Notes under the pieces: generated by a model | What the model saw: the letters and a program-made list of their open reading frames with translations, nothing else | Told to the model about the DNA's origin: nothing | Database searches by the model: none | Part shown: positions 59,798 to 64,000 of the stretch, piece by piece | How the letters are laid out: the number at the start of each line of letters is the position of its first letter | Position numbering within the stretch: position 1 is the first letter of the stretch | From: an uncultured archaeon | GTDB lineage: Archaea > Thermoplasmatota > Poseidoniia > MGIII > CG-Epi1 | Length of the DNA stretch: 64,000 nucleotides | NCBI GenBank assembly: GCA_964389465.1 | Contig: CAYMDK010000004.1 | Location: 15,034 to 79,033, forward strand | Direction of reading: 5' to 3' | Made by a program: the position numbers and the translations under genes

Positions 59798-62700
59798 GTG
59801 GCAGCCGTCGCGTCGCCGGAAATGGAGGCCTATTTCGAAGCGCTGGAGACGCGCGCCGACGCGTGCTACGAGCTGGTGGGGCGCGCCCGCAAGGCGGGCT
59901 ACGACCTCGAGGACGAAGCCGAAATCCCGCGGGCGCGCGACCTCGCCGAGCGGGTCGAGGCGCAGGTTGGCCCCAAGGGAATCGCGCCGCGCATCCGCGA
60001 AGTCATCGCCGAGTACGACCGGCAGACTGCGGCGCTGCTGATCGCGCGCGAACTCGCCGGCGAACTGCGGGCGGAGCTGGGGGTCGAGCAGGCGCTCGAG
60101 CAGGCGGTGCGCACCTCGCTCTCAATCCTCACCGAAGGCGTGCTGGTCGCGCCGACCGAGGGGGTCGTGCGCGTCGCGACGATGGAGAACCACAACTCGA
60201 CCCGCTGCGCCGCCATCTACTACGCCGGCCCGATTCGCGCCGCCGGCGGTACTGCGCAGGCGCTTTCGGTGCTGATAGCGGACGTGGTGCGGCGCGAGCT
60301 GGGGCTCGACGAGTATATCCCGACGCCGGCCGAGGTCGAGCGCTACAAGGAGGAAATTCCGCTCTACAAGCGTGCGGTCAACCTGCAATACCTCCCGTCG
60401 GGCGACGAGATTGACGCGATTGTGCGCGCCTGCCCGGTCTGCATCACCGGCGAGCCGACCGAGCGCCTCGAGGTGGCGGGCAACCGCGACCTGCCGCGCG
60501 TCGAGACCAACCGGCTGCGCGGCGGCGCGGCGCTGGTAATTGCCGAGGGGCTCTGTCTCAAGGCGGCCAAGGTGCTCAAGCACGTCGAACGGCTCGAGAT
60601 TGGCGGCTGGGATTTCCTGCGATCATATGCCGAGCGGAAGCAGGAGCAGGCGGGCGCGGGCGAATACAAGTACCTCAAGGACGTGCTCGTCGGCCGCCCG
60701 ATTTTCGCGTTCCCGGACCGCCCGGGCGGCTTCCGGCTGCGCTACGGCCGCACGCGGCTTACGGGCCTTGCGGCGGTCGCGCTGAATCCGGCGACGATGG
60801 TTGCGCTTGACAGCTTCACCGCCATTGGCACCCAGCTCAAAATCCAGCTTCCCGGCAAGGCGGCCGCGGTCACGCCGTGTGACTCCATCGAGGGGCCGCT
60901 GGTGCTGCTCGACGACGGTAGCTGCGTCCGCCTTTCCAGCCGCGACGCGGCCGATGCTGTCGCGTCCCGCATCCGCGAAATCATTGACGTGGGCGAAGTA
61001 CTGATTCCGCCGGGGGAGTTCCTCGAAAACAACCACCCGCTCGTCCCTGGCGGCTGGTGCGTCGAGTGGTGGGAAGCCGAGCTGCGCGCGGCTGGCGGCG
61101 AATCGCCTCGCGGGGAACCCGACTTCGCCGCGGCGCTCGCGCTTTCGCAGCAGCACTCCGTTCCACTGCATCCGGCGCACACCTTCCTGTGGCACGACCT
61201 CAGCCTCGACGAGCTGGCGCAGTTGCGCCAGCTCGCACTCGAGGGCAGCCGCGATGACGCTGGCTTCCTGTTCCCGGCGGAAGCGCGGCCGCTGCTGATG
61301 ACGCTGGGCATCCCGTTCGCGCCCGCCGGCGAATCGCTGCGCGTCGGTGCGGAAGCCGACGCACTGCTCCACTGCCTCGGCGACACGGACGCTGAAGGCG
61401 ACGACGTGCTGGCGCAGGTCTCCGCTGCCGCCGGCGTCGAAATCCGCGCCCGCGCCCCGACGCGTCTTGGTGCCAGCATGGGTCGCCCCGAGAAGGCGGA
61501 TGTGCGACGCATGAAGCCGCCGCCGCACGTGCTCTTCCCTGTCGGGCCGGCGGGCGGCCCGCAGCGGATGCTCAACAAGGCGCTGGAATCGCAGCCGTCG
61601 CAGAGCCAGCTGGGTCGCCCCGGCAAGGGGGTCGAACTGGAGGCGGAGCTGCGCTACTGCCGCAAGTGCAGCACCGAGACGGTCGCGGTCCACCATTGCG
61701 GCCAGCGGACGGTGGCGAAAGAGCAGGCGAAGCGACGCGAGGTGGACCTGCGCGCCGAGGTCGAGGCGGCGCAGCGCAACGCCGGAATCGGCGTGCTGTC
61801 TCCGGTGAAGGGCGTCCGCTCGATGATGTCTGCTACCCGCACCCCCGAGGCGCTGGAGAAGGGGCTGCTGCGCGCGCGCTACGACCTGCGGGTGTTCAAG
61901 GACGGGACGCTGCGCTACGACATGATGAACCTGCCGCTGACCCACTTCCGCCCGACTGAAATCGGCCTCAGCGTCGAGAAGGCGCGCGAGCTGGGGTACA
62001 CGCAGGATATCGACGGCGCTGAGCTGCGCGACGCAGCCCAGCTGCTCGAAATGCGGGTGCAGGACCTCATCATATCGCGCCGCGCCAGCGACTGGTTGCT
62101 GGGAGTTGCCCGCTTCGTCGATGACGAGCTGAAGCAGCTCTACGGCTGCGACCGCTTCTACAACCTGCCCGACGCGGCGCGGCCGGAGGACCTCATCGGC
62201 CAGCTGCTAATCTGCCTCAGCCCGCACACCTCGGCCGGGGTGCTGGCGCGACTCATCGGTTTCACCCACGCCAAGGTGCAGTACGCGCATCCGTTCATGC
62301 ATGCTGCCAAGCGGCGCAACTGCGACGGCGATGAGGATTCGGTGATTCTGCTACTCGACGGGCTGCTCAACTACTCGGAACACTTCCTTCCGACGACGCG
62401 CGGTGGAACGATGGACATTCCGCGCGTGATGAGCACCCGCATCGACCCGACAGAGATTGACAGCGAGGCGCACAATATCGGCCTCGAGACGCAGCTGCCG
62501 CTCAGTTTCTTCCAAGCCGCTGCTCGGGGCGACCATCCCTCCACGCTGGGTGAGCAGCTCGACATGGTCTCCGACCGGCTGGAAACTCCGGCCCAGTACC
62601 ATGATTTCGGCTTTACCCACGGAGTGGGAGACCTGAACGACGGGCCCCACGAGTCGCGCTACGTTGTGCTGGGGACGATGCTGGAAAAGTCGCAGGCGAC

Positions 62701-63073
62701 CCTCGAACTGGCTCAGCGACTGCGCGCTTCCGATGCTACATATGTCGCCGAGCAGACTATCGAGAAGCACCTGATGCGCGACCTCGTCGGCAACCTGCGG
62801 GCGTTTGCGTTGCAGGGGGTGCGCTGCAAGAAGTGCACCGCCAAGTACCGGCGTCCTCCGCTGCGCGAGAGCTGCCCGAAATGCGGCGGCGGGCTGCTGC
62901 TCAACATCTCGCGCGCCTCGGTCTCGAAGTACCGCATCATGGCGCACGAGATGGCGCAGCGCTACGAGGCGCGGCCGTTCCTCAAGCAGCGGCTGGAGCT
63001 GGTGTTCCAGTCCATCGAGGACACGCTGGAGAACGAGGAAATCCAGCAGACCAGCCTCGGGGCGTTCATGTGA
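59798..63073 (+). CDS. polC: DNA polymerase II (PolD) large subunit DP2, intein-free
   Basis: SPEMEAYFEALETRADACYELVGRARKAGYDLEDEAEIPRARDLAERVEAQVGPKGIAPRIRE is collinear with Pyrococcus DP2 as I recall it. The C-terminal zinc finger is CKKCTAKYRRPPLRESCPKCGG. GTG 59798 lies about 22 nt after GCTTAAGCC, and ATG 59822 is an alternative start. Confidence 0.95.
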   Translation: MAAVASPEMEAYFEALETRADACYELVGRARKAGYDLEDEAEIPRARDLAERVEAQVGPKGIAPRIREVIAEYDRQTAALLIARELAGELRAELGVEQALEQAVRTSLSILTEGVLVAPTEGVVRVATMENHNSTRCAAIYYAGPIRAAGGTAQALSVLIADVVRRELGLDEYIPTPAEVERYKEEIPLYKRAVNLQYLPSGDEIDAIVRACPVCITGEPTERLEVAGNRDLPRVETNRLRGGAALVIAEGLCLKAAKVLKHVERLEIGGWDFLRSYAERKQEQAGAGEYKYLKDVLVGRPIFAFPDRPGGFRLRYGRTRLTGLAAVALNPATMVALDSFTAIGTQLKIQLPGKAAAVTPCDSIEGPLVLLDDGSCVRLSSRDAADAVASRIREIIDVGEVLIPPGEFLENNHPLVPGGWCVEWWEAELRAAGGESPRGEPDFAAALALSQQHSVPLHPAHTFLWHDLSLDELAQLRQLALEGSRDDAGFLFPAEARPLLMTLGIPFAPAGESLRVGAEADALLHCLGDTDAEGDDVLAQVSAAAGVEIRARAPTRLGASMGRPEKADVRRMKPPPHVLFPVGPAGGPQRMLNKALESQPSQSQLGRPGKGVELEAELRYCRKCSTETVAVHHCGQRTVAKEQAKRREVDLRAEVEAAQRNAGIGVLSPVKGVRSMMSATRTPEALEKGLLRARYDLRVFKDGTLRYDMMNLPLTHFRPTEIGLSVEKARELGYTQDIDGAELRDAAQLLEMRVQDLIISRRASDWLLGVARFVDDELKQLYGCDRFYNLPDAARPEDLIGQLLICLSPHTSAGVLARLIGFTHAKVQYAHPFMHAAKRRNCDGDEDSVILLLDGLLNYSEHFLPTTRGGTMDIPRVMSTRIDPTEIDSEAHNIGLETQLPLSFFQAAARGDHPSTLGEQLDMVSDRLETPAQYHDFGFTHGVGDLNDGPHESRYVVLGTMLEKSQATLELAQRLRASDATYVAEQTIEKHLMRDLVGNLRAFALQGVRCKKCTAKYRRPPLRESCPKCGGGLLLNISRASVSKYRIMAHEMAQRYEARPFLKQRLELVFQSIEDTLENEEIQQTSLGAFM

Positions 63074-63729
63074 TTTACTGGCTGGAGAGCGTCGATTCGA
63101 CCAACCGTCATGCGCTTTCGCAACGGCTGCCGCGCTGGGACGCGGTGGTCGCGCGCGAGCAGGTGGCAGGCTGTGGTCGCCGCGGCCGCAGCTGGGAATC
63201 GCCTGTCGGGGGACTTTATCTGTCGGTCGTCGTGGAAAACGACCCGCTCCTCCCGCTCCGTACCGGCCTCGCGGCGCGTGATGCATTGCAGCCGTACTGT
63301 CCCGAACGCATCGGGCTGAAGTGGCCCAACGACCTGCTCTGCGTGGAGGGCAAGCTGGGTGGCGTGCTCTGTGAAGCTGAAGGCGACCGAGCGGTGGCGG
63401 GCATTGGCCTCAATCTTGCGGGTGAGCCGCCGATAGAGGACGCAACGACACTCGAGGCGGCGGGCGGCAGCCTGCCACCCGCCGTCGACTGGCAGGCGAA
63501 GCTCGAGCCGCTCGCGACCGCCATCATCGCGCGGCTGCGCGAGCTGGCGCGGCTGCCGGCCCCGGAGTTCCTGATGCGCTACCGTGTCCACGAGCAGCTG
63601 CTGGGGCAGCCGGTCGCGTGGGAGGGCGGCCGCGGTACCGCGCTCGCAGTCGGTGCCGACGGCACGCTGGAGGTGCGCACCGCCGCCGGGACCGAGCGGC
63701 TCCACGCGGGCGAGGTGAGCCTTGCCTGA
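63070..63729 (+). CDS. birA: Biotin--protein ligase (BirA, group I, no HTH)
   Basis: VIYWLESVDSTNRHAL, GCGRRGRSWESPVGGLYLSVV and GLKWPNDLL..GKLGGVLCE are present. The GTG start overlaps the DP2 stop (GTGA). Confidence 0.8.
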   Translation: MIYWLESVDSTNRHALSQRLPRWDAVVAREQVAGCGRRGRSWESPVGGLYLSVVVENDPLLPLRTGLAARDALQPYCPERIGLKWPNDLLCVEGKLGGVLCEAEGDRAVAGIGLNLAGEPPIEDATTLEAAGGSLPPAVDWQAKLEPLATAIIARLRELARLPAPEFLMRYRVHEQLLGQPVAWEGGRGTALAVGADGTLEVRTAAGTERLHAGEVSLA

Positions 63730-64000
63730 ACTGGAGCAGCTGCTCGAGCGGCTGGTCGCCATCCCGTCGGTGATGGGTGACGAGATGGCGAAAGCAAAAT
63801 TCCTCGCCAACTACCTTTCCGACTGGGAGCCGAAGCTGCAGCCGGTTGAGGATGGCACTGTCAATCTGTGGTGCCACGCCCCCGGCGACGGACCTCCGGT
63901 CCTGCTTTGTGCGCACCTCGACACGGTGCCGCCCGCCCCCGGCTGGGAGGCGCCGCACGCACCTCGCCGTGAGGGCGGCAACCTCGTCGGCCTCGGCGCA
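63722..64000 (+). CDS. M20-family peptidase (ArgE/DapE-like), N-terminal fragment truncated by window edge
   Basis: Not in the ORF track because there is no stop. The frame from TTG 63722 reads LEQLLERLVAIPSVMGDE...PPVLLCAHLDTVPPAPGWE...GNLVGLGA, a typical M20 N-terminus. It overlaps the birA stop by 8 nt. Confidence 0.6.
   Translation, partial: MPELEQLLERLVAIPSVMGDEMAKAKFLANYLSDWEPKLQPVEDGTVNLWCHAPGDGPPVLLCAHLDTVPPAPGWEAPHAPRREGGNLVGLGA

Noticed and set aside
60623-61945. 440-aa minus-strand ORF inside polC (DP2)
   Set aside because: It is antisense to a frame collinear with DP2 from end to end.

Overview
High-GC archaeal chromosomal segment. Hand counts of single 60-nt lines give about 75% G+C in ordinary genes. 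The archaeal assignment rests on PriL, family-B DNA polymerase, PolD large subunit DP2, a presenilin-type PSH protease, GuaA subunit A, and TATA boxes about 25 nt upstream of start codons, which imply leaderless mRNAs. The gene content (giant adhesin-like proteins, thrombospondin-type-3 repeat proteins) suggests a planktonic Thermoplasmatota / Marine Group II-like lineage, but that is inference only. I call about 46 CDS, two of them truncated at the window edges and missing from the ORF track, and one tRNA-Gly(GCC). I saw no rRNA, CRISPR array, transposase or integrase. Most of the window is housekeeping: replication and repair (PriL, PolB, DP2, Lhr plus phosphoesterase, Tag), sulfur amino-acid metabolism, a glycerate/hydroxypyruvate module, and transporters. 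Two accessory surface systems stand out. (1) At 12356-23986 a single ~3,880-aa type-I membrane protein joins a sequon-rich ectodomain (four beta-helix super-modules, LamG, PKD-like domains) through one TM helix to a cytoplasmic STAND-like P-loop NTPase, a Roadblock-like domain, a beta-sandwich and an acidic tail. About 8 kb of its ectodomain has foreign, low-GC codon usage. (2) At 32736-45980 a tightly coupled cluster encodes a 972-aa secreted TSP3 calcium-repeat protein, a 1,969-aa TSP3-transglutaminase-13xIg-TM-DUF4129 protein, DUF4350, a MoxR AAA+ ATPase, DUF58 and a polytopic membrane protein. Other oddities are an apparently circularly permuted PQQ sugar-dehydrogenase propeller with a TM anchor at each end, low-GC cassettes embedded in otherwise host-like surface and transport genes, a CDIN1/C15orf41-like PD-(D/E)XK nuclease, and shared palindromic TATA boxes at divergent gene pairs. 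All family assignments come from motif recognition by eye. No database search was run.
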